DNA of 64,000 nucleotides from an uncultured delta proteobacterium (GTDB lineage: Bacteria > Myxococcota > Myxococcia > Myxococcales > Myxococcaceae). The notes beneath the pieces were generated by a model that ran no database searches, was not told the origin of the DNA, and was given only the letters and a program-made list of their open reading frames with translations. Numbering within the stretch: the stretch's first letter is position 1; every line of letters starts with the position of its first letter. Below, piece after piece: positions 28,244-38,632 of the stretch. The stretch covers positions 96,001 to 160,000 of the forward strand of contig CAVQKE010000005.1 of NCBI GenBank assembly GCA_963713045.1. Reading direction: 5' to 3'. Both the position numbers and the translations under genes were made by a program.

Positions 28244-29341
28244 ATGCGATCGCACGAAGCGTCCGTCTTCCTCAGACACCGGTGGATGCTCCTATTTGCA
28301 GCAATTGCTTCGCCGGCGATGGCTGAGGGAGACACAGCCGAGATTCGCGCCGTCGCAGCCGTTATTCCACCCCTCGTGATGGAGGACCAGGGGCATCTCA
28401 CCGGTTTCAGCGTCGAACTCTGGAACGAGGTGGCGACGAAGTTGGGAGCGCGAACCACCTACCGGGTAGTCCCGAATACGGTGGCCCTCTTGAACGCTCT
28501 GCGCGAGGGCGAGTCGGACATTGCCGTCATGGGTATGTACTACACCATCGAACGCGACCGCGACTTTGACTTCACGTACTCGACCCTGAACGCGGGACTC
28601 CAAGTGATGGTGCCCAGCACAGTCCGCGCGGCGCAGGCTAGCCCCCTTGTCGCGTTCCTGAAGCTGCTGTTCTCACGGTCGATGCTGTACTGGCTTATCG
28701 CTGCAGTGATGGTGCTACTCGTCCCCGCTCACGTCATTTGGCTCCTCGACCGGAAGAGCACTGACGGAGTCAGCCCGAGCGAGAGGTACTTTCCAGGCGT
28801 CCTCTACGTGATGACGTGGGCCTCCGAGGCGATGCTAGGCCAGGCGCAGACGATGCCAAGACGGCGCCTCGCCCACCTGGTCGGCAACCTCTGGCTTTTC
28901 GCAGGTGTAGTGTTCGTCGCATTCTTCACTGCCCAAATGACGGCAACTCTGACGCTGGACCAAATCCGCGGGGTCATCAATGGCCCCGATGACTTGCCCG
29001 GGAAGTCCGTGGCGGCTGCCGCCGGCTCGCCGTCGGTCACCTATCTTCGCGGCGTCGGCGCTCGGGTACAAGAGTACACAAGCGCCGACGAGCTGCTTTC
29101 CGCTCTCCTCTCCGGGAAGGTGGAGGCGGTGGTCGCGGCTGCGCCGCCGCTCCAATACTTCGCGGCCCACGACGGAGCCGGGAAGGTCAGGATGGTTGGC
29201 CCCGAATTCAGAAAAGAAGACCTGATGTTTGTGGTGCCGCTGAACAGCCCCCTACGCAGACGAGTGAACGGCGCGCTCGTGGCCCTCCGCGAAGACGGGA
29301 CTTACCAGCGCCTCTACGAAAAATGGTTCGGCAAGGAGTAG
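28244..29341 (+). CDS. GluR0-like ligand-gated ion channel (SBP_bac_3 S1 - M1 - P - M2 - S2)
   Basis: PPLVM...TGFSVELW, T.ER..DFDFT, two TM helices with VAFFTAQMTATLT, INGPDDLPGKSV, LRRRVNGALVALREDGTYQRLYEKWFG. Confidence 0.85.
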   Translation: MRSHEASVFLRHRWMLLFAAIASPAMAEGDTAEIRAVAAVIPPLVMEDQGHLTGFSVELWNEVATKLGARTTYRVVPNTVALLNALREGESDIAVMGMYYTIERDRDFDFTYSTLNAGLQVMVPSTVRAAQASPLVAFLKLLFSRSMLYWLIAAVMVLLVPAHVIWLLDRKSTDGVSPSERYFPGVLYVMTWASEAMLGQAQTMPRRRLAHLVGNLWLFAGVVFVAFFTAQMTATLTLDQIRGVINGPDDLPGKSVAAAAGSPSVTYLRGVGARVQEYTSADELLSALLSGKVEAVVAAAPPLQYFAAHDGAGKVRMVGPEFRKEDLMFVVPLNSPLRRRVNGALVALREDGTYQRLYEKWFGKE

Positions 29342-29378
29342 CGCTCGCCGCACCGTGGTCGTAGTTTGACGCCCTACT

Positions 29379-30029
29379 CTAGAAGCTGGCCCCCAACGAC
29401 AAGACCCAGTACTGCTCGTTGCCCTGGCCCGGGTTGAACCAGTATGCGGTCGCGCTGAGCTTCCACACTTTGAAGCCAACGAGGGGCCCCCAATTCAGAA
29501 GTCGCGACGTGGCGAAGGCTCGAGTCCGCTGCAATGCAAGCCCGGCCTGGAGCCACTCGAAAGGCGACCCAGAGAGCTCCGACCACGCGTAGAAGTAGCT
29601 GTCGGACGAGTTCGAGAAATCGAAGACGAACTCATTCTCCGAGTTCAATTCGAACGGGCCCCACGAAAGGTCCCACTCGAAGCCCGGTGCGATGCCGTTC
29701 ACCTCGCCGAAGATGGCCCCAAGCATCGGAGTTAGCGCAAACCGCAACTCCTTTCCCCACTCGAAGTTCCACCCTGCCCAGAGAGACCCGGTGCGCGGTG
29801 CCTCGTAGTTGTACCTGGCTTCGAAGTGCAGGACGCCATGGTCAACGGCGACAGTAGGCTGCACGTAGTCGGATTCGGATTGGTGTGCAAAGAGGTAGAC
29901 GTAGACCTCGACCAGTACGTTCCAGGACGGCTCTTCTGCGTGGGGCACCTCCACCTCGTCCTCGGCCGTAGCGGGCAGCCCGATTAGCGCGACGAGAACG
30001 GTAAGTCCACAGCGGCCGTTCAACCTCAT
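29379..30029 (-). CDS. Hypothetical outer-membrane beta-barrel-like protein
   Basis: Signal peptide, aromatic-rich strands (HFEARYNYE), C-terminal Phe. Confidence 0.65.
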   Translation of the reverse strand: MRLNGRCGLTVLVALIGLPATAEDEVEVPHAEEPSWNVLVEVYVYLFAHQSESDYVQPTVAVDHGVLHFEARYNYEAPRTGSLWAGWNFEWGKELRFALTPMLGAIFGEVNGIAPGFEWDLSWGPFELNSENEFVFDFSNSSDSYFYAWSELSGSPFEWLQAGLALQRTRAFATSRLLNWGPLVGFKVWKLSATAYWFNPGQGNEQYWVLSLGASF

Positions 30030-30413
30030 CCGCTCTCCGCTGCCGCCGAATGTTGGCTTTGGTGCCCCGCGCACAGCTGTCTGTGCCAGAGACGACTGAA
30101 GTCGTCGTCAACGCAGGATGGCGCGAGGCAGGGCGAGTTCATGGCCATCGTTCCCCTAGTGAACACGAGGGCCTGAAGCACCGTCCAGCCCTCGACCAGT
30201 CAGAAGAACACCTTGCCGGCCAATGGCATCATCAGAAGCGCGGCTCCGACGGCCTGTAATAGCTATCCCGGACGAGACGCTTGCTGGCGCCCGGTCTCGC
30301 ATCGGAGAGGTAATGACCATAGCCGCGTCCTTGTTTCTACTATTCATGTTTGCCTACGAAGCGTGGTGCGGGCAGTCCGGTTCGTCGCGGGGCATCGCCA
30401 CTCTGGGGGCTCG

Positions 30414-30962
30414 TCAGGATCCTGCCTCAGCACCGAGCGGTCCGAAGCGACCGTGCCGCGGGGGGACCCCGGTGCCCCAGTCGTACACAACCACGGTTCC
30501 AGCCACCAGGTCGTCGAGCGCCCGCCGGCGTTTGGTCACCAGCAGCATCAGGAAGCCAATCCCCAGCGTCAACACGGTCAGTACCAGTCCAATGAACCGC
30601 TTGAGCGCAACCAAAAGGCCGACTTTCCCACCGTCGGCCCGGAGCACGCGCAGACCGAGGAGCGCCATGCCCGGCGTCTGCCCGGTGATGGTCCAGAAGC
30701 TGACGTGGTACAGCAGCGGGAAAACGAGCCCAGCCACTGGGGCCACATACGGAATGAGATGGCACAGGTGACGGCGCATCTGCCACCAGGCCTGCGCCGG
30801 TGGGCAGCGTTGAGGGTCGAGCAGCACGAACTGCTGCGCCAGCCAACTGGTGCCAGCCACCAGCACCGCAAGAAACACGAGGTCCAGCACCATTGCCACT
30901 CCGCGACTCACCAGACCGGCGTATCGGTGGGTCACGATCTCCTCAGTACGCGGCGGACCCAA
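30414..30962 (-). CDS. RDD family membrane protein
   Basis: YAGLVSRGVAMVLD...GQTPGMALLGLRV...RRALDDLVAGTVVV. Confidence 0.88.
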   Translation of the reverse strand: MGPPRTEEIVTHRYAGLVSRGVAMVLDLVFLAVLVAGTSWLAQQFVLLDPQRCPPAQAWWQMRRHLCHLIPYVAPVAGLVFPLLYHVSFWTITGQTPGMALLGLRVLRADGGKVGLLVALKRFIGLVLTVLTLGIGFLMLLVTKRRRALDDLVAGTVVVYDWGTGVPPRHGRFGPLGAEAGS

Positions 30963-31405
30963 GAGTCGACTGCATCATCGGCGTCGAGCGCAGCCACACG
31001 CACACGCTCCTGGAAGTCGCGCGCGATCCCGCGGCTTTGGTCCTGGATGAGCTGCTGGACCGACTCCGGATGTTCGGTGAGGTACCCCAGGTAGGCACCA
31101 CCCTGTTCGCGCACCAGATGGCGGAGCGCCTCGCTGTCCTGCAGAGCCTGGAGCACGCGCCCGACCTGTCGGTCTACCAGGGCGTCAACGGCCGGACTGG
31201 CCTCGAGGTCCGTCAGCAGTTGGACCACCAGCTGCTTGAGGGCTGGGCTCTCCAAGAGCGCTTGCAGCACGTGCTCGAAAAGCGCCCCGGCGAGCCGCGT
31301 GTCAAAAAGACGCGTTACGAGGGCATCGGCCACCTGGGCGGCAATTCCGGCCCGCTGCCCACCGACGGGCTCGCCGGTGCTTGGATTCGACTTCGGGGAA
31401 CGCAC
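30932..31405 (-). CDS. Hypothetical helical protein upstream of RDD
   Basis: Amphipathic coding-like ORF overlapping the RDD start. Confidence 0.55.
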   Translation of the reverse strand: MRSPKSNPSTGEPVGGQRAGIAAQVADALVTRLFDTRLAGALFEHVLQALLESPALKQLVVQLLTDLEASPAVDALVDRQVGRVLQALQDSEALRHLVREQGGAYLGYLTEHPESVQQLIQDQSRGIARDFQERVRVAALDADDAVDSWVRRVLRRS

Positions 31406-31484
31406 GGGAGAACGCTAACACCAGCGGCACTCCCGGAGCTGCGGTACATCCTCTGCCCGTTTTGTCGGGCGCCTGCAGCATCGG

Positions 31485-31670
31485 GCGTTGGCACCACGCC
31501 GGGTTCCAAAGCGACTGAAACTGGGTGTCCAAGCGGGGCGAGGGCTCCGTCGCCCTGCCCTTCCTTCCGAGGTCCGCATCCTCCTCCCGAGGGTCGCTAC
31601 CGAGAATCCTCTGTGGGAGGGCGCGGGCGATTTCCTCAGGTCCCCTTGCTTGGGTCATGCGGTTCGCCCG
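31485..31670 (+). pseudogene. Integrase-core (rve) transposase N-terminal remnant
   Basis: WHHAGF...LPSEVRILL.RVATENPLW fragments across frameshifts. Confidence 0.45.
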
Positions 31671-31967
31671 TGAGACCTCCGCGGTCGCCTACGACAACCA
31701 TTGCCTGACGGAAGGAAGAGCGTTGCGGCGCCCCAAAGAAAGGGAGCCCTTCCTCATTGGGCCCTTAGGCCCGGGTACACTGGTCACTCAACTCCGCGCA
31801 CTTGGGCACAGAAACCAAGGGAACTCCGAATCCCCCCGGGCGCGATGATGAGGCCACCAGTCCCGAGATGATTGGGCAGACCACACCCAACCCGACAACA
31901 GGACCGCCGACATAACTGCGTCTCAACCTGCGGGCCACCTCACAAACCCTCCAGCTCGTTTTGGTCG

Positions 31968-32621
31968 TCACCCGCCGAGTGCCATGATGACGGCGACGAG
32001 CCCGGTGCCAAGGGCGGCCATGGAGAGCCCATACAGCCAACGCTTTCCCATCGAGTAGCTGCCGAGCAGGTAGCCGTATCCAAACAGGATCGTCACAGCA
32101 AGGGCATGCGAGACGCGCATCGCGACCGGCATTTCCCTGATGAAAACGAAAGGGAGTGCGACTGGAAGAGTTGCCAGGACGACAATCACGAAGACGCCCA
32201 TCGCCCCGAGGAAGTCGCGGGCACCCAGCGCGGAATGCGGAACGGGCAGGTTGACGAGGTCCTTGGAGAGCGCCTCGATTGTCTCCTCTCGGAAGCTGAC
32301 GGCAAGGCGTTCCGGAAGGGTCTCGGTGACGATACGTCTAGCGTCACGAGGATCAGAGGTCTCCTGGAGGCGCCGCACCAGCCGAATGTTCCGGCCATTC
32401 ACAATCGCCGCAGTGACGACGTACATCACGGCGTCCGTAAAGCCCCAGGCGATATTGCAACCCAAAGCCATGTGAACAGCGGCCCTGGCGTCCTGAGCTC
32501 CCGCAGAGGTAACGCTCAACGCTCCCATGATGCTCACTGCCATGAGCACTCCGAAGATCACCTCGGAGGCACGTTCAATGGGGTCCAGCACCCGACCCCC
32601 TGCGAGCTTCCCCGTCGGCAT
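31968..32621 (-). CDS. VIT1/CCC1-like membrane protein
   Basis: VLDPIERASEVIFGVLMA...ALGCNIAWGFTDAVMY...PVALPF...IMALGG. Confidence 0.7.
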   Translation of the reverse strand: MPTGKLAGGRVLDPIERASEVIFGVLMAVSIMGALSVTSAGAQDARAAVHMALGCNIAWGFTDAVMYVVTAAIVNGRNIRLVRRLQETSDPRDARRIVTETLPERLAVSFREETIEALSKDLVNLPVPHSALGARDFLGAMGVFVIVVLATLPVALPFVFIREMPVAMRVSHALAVTILFGYGYLLGSYSMGKRWLYGLSMAALGTGLVAVIMALGG

Positions 32622-32911
32622 TAACCACCCCTTGCGGCGAGCCAGCGGTTCGATGCTACCCAAACCACCTCGCCCTGGCTCGCTGCGCCTTGGCCGTATT
32701 CCACCCGCCGCCTCCTCCAGCGGTAAGGTGCCGGCGGCGCGTCAAACCGGCGCCGTCGGGCTTGACCGTGCGCTAGCACCTGCTGCTAAACAACCTAGGT
32801 TTGCACTACGGCACAAAGGAAGAACGCCGCCCGGAGCCGATTGCCGTGAACGGGATCTCCGACGTCGCAGTGGGTATTCGTTCCCACTCGCCCGGCGGCT
32901 TTCGATAACGC

Positions 32912-34057
32912 ATGAAGCTCTTCCTTCATCGCCTCTCCCGGGGCCTCGTGGCGGTCGCCTCGCTCGCCCTCATCCCCCCCACGTCCGCCGCCGATGGAAG
33001 CTGCGGGCTCACTGGCATTCGCCGTGTGGTCGCGGTCGGCGACGTCCACGGTTCCTACGAAAATCTCGTCAAGGTTCTGACCATGGCCCAGTTGCTGGAC
33101 CGTTCCGGCCATTGGGGCGGCGGCAAGGCAGTCCTGGTTCAGGTCGGCGACATCCTCGATCGCGGCGTCCGAACGCGTCCAGCGCTCGACCTCCTGATGC
33201 GTCTTGAGAAGGAGGCGCGCCAGGCGGGCGGCCGGGTCATTGTGCTCCTAGGAAACCACGAGGTGATGAACGTGCTCGGGGACCTGAGCGCCGTTCAGGC
33301 CGCAGAGTACGCACAGTGGAAGCCGCGTGATGCCGCTGGTTCCCAAACGCCGGGAAGCAAGACGCCGCGCATGCAGTACGTGGACATCGTCACTGAACGC
33401 GCTCGCGAGGAGGCGAAGGCCGCTGGACAGCCGTTTGACGAGCAGGCCTATCGACAGAAGGTTCTCGAACAGACCCCCCCGGGCTTTGTTGAACGCGAGC
33501 AAGCATTATCGCCGCAGGGTACGTACGGGTTGTGGATCCGCGCGCACGATGTCATCGCGACGGTCAACGGCGTAGCCTTCCTGCACGGTGGGCTGACCCC
33601 TGAAGTGGCCGCGCTCGGCTGCGAGCGGGTCAACCGGCAGGTCCGGAGCGAACTCAGCACGGACCTCGCCAAGACGAAGGCGAACCCGCGGGAGGCACTC
33701 GCGACCCAGGAGAACGGCCCGCTCAACTACCGCGGTCTCGCCCAAGGAGACGAAGGGGCCCTTCTCCCCTCCGTCGAGAAAGTGCTGCAGTCGATGGGGG
33801 TGGAGGCGGTCGTAATCGGCCACACTCCCACCGGCGACGGCAAAATCCACTCGCGGTTTGGGGGGCGGGTGCTGGTGGTCGACGTGGGTATGCTGGCCGA
33901 CCTCGGTGGCCACCTCGCGGCCCTTGAGGTGGGTCCCGACGGGTCAATGACCGCGATCTACCCGACGGGTCGTGTGGCCTTGGGGCTCAAGGCGGTCGAT
34001 AGGGCGAAGCCCCGGGACCCGCCTGCGGCGCCGGCCCTTGGCCCTCAAACGCGTTGA
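32912..34057 (+). CDS. Secreted metallophosphoesterase (Shewanella-like phosphatase type)
   Basis: GDVHG, GDILDRG, GNHE, HGG, GHT, VDVG motifs; signal peptide. Confidence 0.9.
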   Translation: MKLFLHRLSRGLVAVASLALIPPTSAADGSCGLTGIRRVVAVGDVHGSYENLVKVLTMAQLLDRSGHWGGGKAVLVQVGDILDRGVRTRPALDLLMRLEKEARQAGGRVIVLLGNHEVMNVLGDLSAVQAAEYAQWKPRDAAGSQTPGSKTPRMQYVDIVTERAREEAKAAGQPFDEQAYRQKVLEQTPPGFVEREQALSPQGTYGLWIRAHDVIATVNGVAFLHGGLTPEVAALGCERVNRQVRSELSTDLAKTKANPREALATQENGPLNYRGLAQGDEGALLPSVEKVLQSMGVEAVVIGHTPTGDGKIHSRFGGRVLVVDVGMLADLGGHLAALEVGPDGSMTAIYPTGRVALGLKAVDRAKPRDPPAAPALGPQTR

Positions 34058-34147
34058 GCAACGTCGACCGCCAGCTGAGGGTGACCCTCGCGCGCCGGAT
34101 GGCCAATCTCGGCTTCACGCCGGTAGGTGTGATCGCCCTTTGGCCAC

Positions 34148-34684
34148 CTAGGGGTTGGCCGGCTTTGGCGCCGTGCTTCCATCAGCGATCGGCCAGACCG
34201 TCGCCACCAGCCAGCTAACAGCAATACCGACGGCACTGCCCAGAAGGACCTCCGCTACGCGCAGCAGCCCGAGTTCGCCCGCAGTGAGGCCCGGTGGCGG
34301 ATGTAGGCTTCCGGCGATGATGATCGCGGCGGTGATGGGCGCCTGGCGCCACATCACCGGGATACGCACGACGTAGGTGGACAGCAGCACCGTCGTCGCC
34401 AGCGCGAAGGGGACCTTCCAAGGACTTGGATCACCCGCCACCAGGAAGAGCAGCCCGACCCCACAGCCGACCAGGGTATTGATGAAGCGGCTGCGGAACA
34501 TCTTGAGCGCCTGCTTCACCACAGGATCGCTCGCCGCGATCATCGAGGCGACAGCCCAAATCGGGTTCGCCCGGGGGAAAACCAGCTTCAGGAGTCCCCC
34601 GATGACAATGGTCGCGAGGAAGACATTCAGGGCAAAGCGCACGCCAAGGAAGCCATCCCCGCGCAAGCGGTCGACCACTCTCAC
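34148..34684 (-). CDS. FUSC-like membrane protein
   Basis: PIWAVASMIA...SRFINTLVGC...WRQAPITAAII...RVAEVLLG. Confidence 0.75.
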   Translation of the reverse strand: MRVVDRLRGDGFLGVRFALNVFLATIVIGGLLKLVFPRANPIWAVASMIAASDPVVKQALKMFRSRFINTLVGCGVGLLFLVAGDPSPWKVPFALATTVLLSTYVVRIPVMWRQAPITAAIIIAGSLHPPPGLTAGELGLLRVAEVLLGSAVGIAVSWLVATVWPIADGSTAPKPANP

Positions 34685-34717
34685 AGCGAACGCCCCAGAG
34701 CGGCCGGGGCTCGGCCT

Positions 34718-35653
34718 TTACTCATGTGCTTGGGGCGGATTGCCCTTGAGCGTATAGACAATCCCTGTCTTGGTCGCGCCGAGCAGAACATAATTGCGCC
34801 CGCTCTGCTGCAGAGCGATGAAGAAGCGCCTAGCGCGGTCCAGCGCCTTCTCGTGCAACTCATCCTTCTTCTGGAACTTCACTTGAAAGGCAAACTCGCC
34901 CACCAGGGGGCGTTGCCTTCCGCGCTCGCGCCAGAGCGAAACGTTGAACTTCGCCGCCATCCCCTTGCCGAAGTCGAGGGTGCCCAAATCCTGCAACACC
35001 TCTTCGACGATCGTCTGGTTCACCAACTCCACGCGGTCGCTCTCCGTTTTAAGCACCGAGGCGAGAACCGGGAGGGCCTGGGTCACCATTTTCATGGCGT
35101 CGCGATCCCCTACCGGAGCCTGGCTGAGCGGGAACTGGACATTGTGTGAGAAGAGCAGTCGATACGAACCCAACCGATCCTTGAGTGGCAGTACTTCGAC
35201 CTTGAACTTCACGCGGTATTTGCCGCTAATCTGCGGACGGACGTCCATCTCCGCCGCCTTCTGCACGTCCGGGTGCCGGAACTTGAAGACGATCTCCGGA
35301 TCGTCGACGGGAAACCCGTCCTCATACTGGATGCGCTGACGCAGGATGAATGCGTTCTTGTAGAGGCTGAAATCGGCGGTGTCCATGAAGAGCACCTCGC
35401 GGACCTCCGGCCGTGGCGTCGCCCCTTCATCCGTGCATTCGACTTCGGTGTCCCTCGCGGCTTGCTTCACCACCTTTGCGTACTCGCGAAAACTCTTCGC
35501 GGAGGTGAAGAGATCGGGCTTCAGGATTATCTTGCACTCCAGGAACTGCACCTCGGGCAGCGGCGTCCCATCCCTGTACTTCCCGGGCTTGAGGTCCGGC
35601 ACGCGGCTCTCGAAGCTAGCCAAGTTATCTTCGATTTGCTTTTTGTTTGGCAT
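34718..35653 (-). CDS. Hypothetical protein, CYTH/triphosphate-tunnel-like
   Basis: EVQFLECKIIL (E..E.K), FMDTADFSLYKNAFILRQR, KFR, GEFAFQ. Confidence 0.55.
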   Translation of the reverse strand: MPNKKQIEDNLASFESRVPDLKPGKYRDGTPLPEVQFLECKIILKPDLFTSAKSFREYAKVVKQAARDTEVECTDEGATPRPEVREVLFMDTADFSLYKNAFILRQRIQYEDGFPVDDPEIVFKFRHPDVQKAAEMDVRPQISGKYRVKFKVEVLPLKDRLGSYRLLFSHNVQFPLSQAPVGDRDAMKMVTQALPVLASVLKTESDRVELVNQTIVEEVLQDLGTLDFGKGMAAKFNVSLWRERGRQRPLVGEFAFQVKFQKKDELHEKALDRARRFFIALQQSGRNYVLLGATKTGIVYTLKGNPPQAHE

Positions 35654-36559
35654 CGCCTTTGGAGACTCGGGTTATGCCCGTCGCGACGGCGCGTCGCGCG
35701 CTGCTCAGTCTGTTATTCCATGATGTGGTCCGAGCGCACGGCGCGTCAAGTCATCGCGTCCGATGGCCCGGAACAGGCCAGGCATTTTCTGGCCCGGTCG
35801 CCCGAGGCTGGGGGCCGCAGTGAGCAAGTAAGCCGCGCACGCGTTGTGCCCTCAAGTCCCGGCGGGCCCACCGAGAGCATCGTATACGTGGTGTCGGTTT
35901 TCCTGGGCGCAAATTGTGCAGAAACAGCTGGCGCCGGCGCAAAACAACGCTAGAAGTCGCGTTCCGCTACCGTCGCAGTTCGCGATGGCGGGCGCTCGCG
36001 GCCTTCTGCGCTTTGCGAACCGCCGTCAAATTCTACAGCGGATGCGAAAGGTGGCACCGAAACCGCTCATGTTCTGTGAGCAACTTTTCACCGGTGACAA
36101 CGGGGCCCGCGTAATCGAGTCACGGAGCGGCTAGACCCGCCGGTTTCCCCCGCGCGCTCGCTCTCTTCGCCCGTGTCCCTTGCGCGGAGCGAAAGGAAAC
36201 TCGAGACCTGTCGGAGTCGTTGCCCATGAAAAGAGGTCAACCAATCAACGCCCGCACGGGGCGTGCGAGCGCCTCTGACCGCTCAGGATGAGTCCTCGCG
36301 TGCTCGGCAAGTTGCTACTACGCGCCGAGCGGGCACCAACGAAATCACGCATGAACTGCGGGCCGCGGTGGTAACACTGGAGCCACAGTTCTTCAGGCCG
36401 TAGCGGCCTGAATTCTGCACGGAGACCCGAGTCGCAACAAGAAAGAAACTCCAGTAGGACCGGAAAAGGGACGAAGACCGTGGCGCAGTACCAGTGGAAT
36501 GAACACGCGTGGGCCTCTCAAAGGACCGAGAGGCCATCACCCAACGAAAGGAAGGCGTT

Positions 36560-36970
36560 ATGCGGAGGTTTGCAACAGCATCGATGCTGGTGGGGGCGTT
36601 GCTTGTCGCGGGACGGGCCCAGGCTGCTGAGACCCTTGCCGATAGTCTGAAGAAGGCCTGCAACAAGGAACTGACAACGTTCTGTAAGGGCGTCCCGGAG
36701 GGTGAGGGGCGCATTCTCGCCTGTCTCTACGCCTTCGAGGACAAGGTCTCCGACAAGTGCATCTATGCGGTTTACGACGCGTCTCTCGAACTCGAGCAGG
36801 CAGTCGCAGCCATTAAGTACGCTGCCTCCCAATGCAAGGACGACCTCCAGAAGTTCTGCGCCAACGTCGAGGTCGGCCAGGGACGGGCGCTGGCGTGCCT
36901 CGACAAGAACGCTAAGAACGTGAGCCAGACCTGCAAGGACGCGCTGAAACAGACCGGGCTGAAGAAGTAG
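36560..36970 (+). CDS. Secreted cysteine-rich repeat protein (GLG1-like repeats)
   Basis: Two C..(E/D)L..FC..V..G.GR...CL......VS..C repeats after a signal peptide. Confidence 0.85.
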   Translation: MRRFATASMLVGALLVAGRAQAAETLADSLKKACNKELTTFCKGVPEGEGRILACLYAFEDKVSDKCIYAVYDASLELEQAVAAIKYAASQCKDDLQKFCANVEVGQGRALACLDKNAKNVSQTCKDALKQTGLKK

Positions 36971-37065
36971 AGGGGCGCATCGGCACCGGACGGATGACCG
37001 ACGTCTGGTCACGCCCGGTGCTGGGCGATGTGGCTAATGGCCGTCCTGGCCCTAAGGAGAAGCAC

Positions 37066-37635
37066 ATGCAGACAACGATTGCAGACCTTTTCTCCCGCTT
37101 CTGGTGGATGATTTTGCTGCGAGGGGCAATCGCCGTGCTCTTCGGCGTCGTGCTGTTCGCCTGGCCAGGAGTGTCGCTCGCGTCGCTGGTCATCCTCTTT
37201 GGCATATTCGTGTTCATCGACGGAATCGGAAACGTGGTGATGGCATTTGGCGGACGCCAGGAGGAGGACCACTGGTGGGTCCTCCTGCTCGCTGGGCTCG
37301 CCGGCATCGCCGTGGGCATTTTGACCTTCCTCAACCCGGACATCACGGCTCTCGTCCTCCTCTTCTACATCGCCATCTGGGCCATCGTGACTGGCGTCCT
37401 CCAAATCGTGGCCGCCATCCGGCTCCGCAAGGTCATCCAGGGCGAGTTCTGGATGGTACTGGGTGGCCTCGCCTCTATCGCTTTCGGGGTTTTCGTCATC
37501 GCCCGACCGGGACAGGGCGCCCTGGCGATCTTGTGGCTCATTGGGGCCTACGCCATCGTGATTGGCGTCGTCCTGATTCTCTTCGCGTTCAGGGCCCGAG
37601 GCTTCGTAAAGCGAGTCGAAAAGGCTGCAGCATAA
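37066..37635 (+). CDS. HdeD/DUF308 family acid-resistance membrane protein
   Basis: WWMILLRGAIAVLFG...WP...AIRLRKVIQGEFW. Confidence 0.9.
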   Translation: MQTTIADLFSRFWWMILLRGAIAVLFGVVLFAWPGVSLASLVILFGIFVFIDGIGNVVMAFGGRQEEDHWWVLLLAGLAGIAVGILTFLNPDITALVLLFYIAIWAIVTGVLQIVAAIRLRKVIQGEFWMVLGGLASIAFGVFVIARPGQGALAILWLIGAYAIVIGVVLILFAFRARGFVKRVEKAAA

Positions 37636-37905
37636 CGACAACGCAGAGGCGCGGCATCCTGTCAACACCGTGAGCCTGGGTCATGAGACGCGCTCCGCCT
37701 AAGGATTCCCACTCGTGAGCGCAAATCTTTTTCGAGCTGCCGTTAGCGCAAAGCGCTCGGGCGTGGTACTTGCTTTTCAACTAGCTAGAGCCTCAGCGCT
37801 TAGGCCAAAGGCCAGCAAGAGGTCGAGCCTACCGAGCCGAGCAGCGTTCTGGCGTTAAAAGCTGCACCACTGGCAACAGAGTGAACTTAGAGGACGAGGG
37901 CTAAA

Positions 37906-38622
37906 ATGAGATCGGCATTAGGGAAGCACAAGCGCTACTCAGGTTTCGGTGTAGCGCTCCTGGCTGTGACTGCTTTTGCGCAACAGGACGCCGGAGGAAG
38001 GCCTGAGCTTCAGGAGAAAATTGAAGCCCTCAAGAAGTCGATGGCACAGAGCCAGCAGGCCCTTCGAGGGTACGCGTGGACTGAAACGACCCAGGTCATC
38101 CTGAAGGGAGAAACGAAATCCACGACGCAGGCTTCTTGCCAGTTTGCGGCGGACGGGAAGGTGGTCAAGACCCCGGTCAACGCAGGTCAACCGCCGCCAC
38201 AGTCTCCGAAGGGCGTGAAAGGAAAGGTCGTCAGTAACAAGAAGGAGGAAATGTCCGACTATATGAAGAGTGCCGCGGCGCTCATTCAGAGTTACGTGCC
38301 GCCTGACCCCTCACGTCTGCAAGCCGCTTTTAAGGCCGGCAAGGCTGAAATGCAGCAGGCGCCCGGAGGAGTCGTGAGTCTGGTGTTTCACGACTATGTC
38401 AAACCGGGCGATGCGCTCACCCTCATGATGAACGGTCAGACGAACACCATTCAGAGTGTTTCCGTGAAGTCCTATCTCGATGATGTAAAGGATGCGGTCA
38501 ACCTGACGGTCCGCTTCGCCAATCTCCCCGACGGTGTGAATTACGCCGCCGAAACGGTCCTCGACGCGACGGCTAAGCAAATGCAGGTCCGGACAACCAA
38601 CTCGGGGTACCGAAAGCTGTAA
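37906..38622 (+). CDS. Secreted hypothetical protein
   Basis: Signal peptide (AFA); LRGYAWTETT...YVPPDP...FHDYVKPGD. Confidence 0.7.
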   Translation: MRSALGKHKRYSGFGVALLAVTAFAQQDAGGRPELQEKIEALKKSMAQSQQALRGYAWTETTQVILKGETKSTTQASCQFAADGKVVKTPVNAGQPPPQSPKGVKGKVVSNKKEEMSDYMKSAAALIQSYVPPDPSRLQAAFKAGKAEMQQAPGGVVSLVFHDYVKPGDALTLMMNGQTNTIQSVSVKSYLDDVKDAVNLTVRFANLPDGVNYAAETVLDATAKQMQVRTTNSGYRKL

Positions 38623-38632
38623 AGTCCCTGAC

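Noticed and set aside
36052..36068. Possible sigma54 promoter tggcac-N5-ccgc
   Set aside because: Poor -12 element and about 500 bp from the next gene
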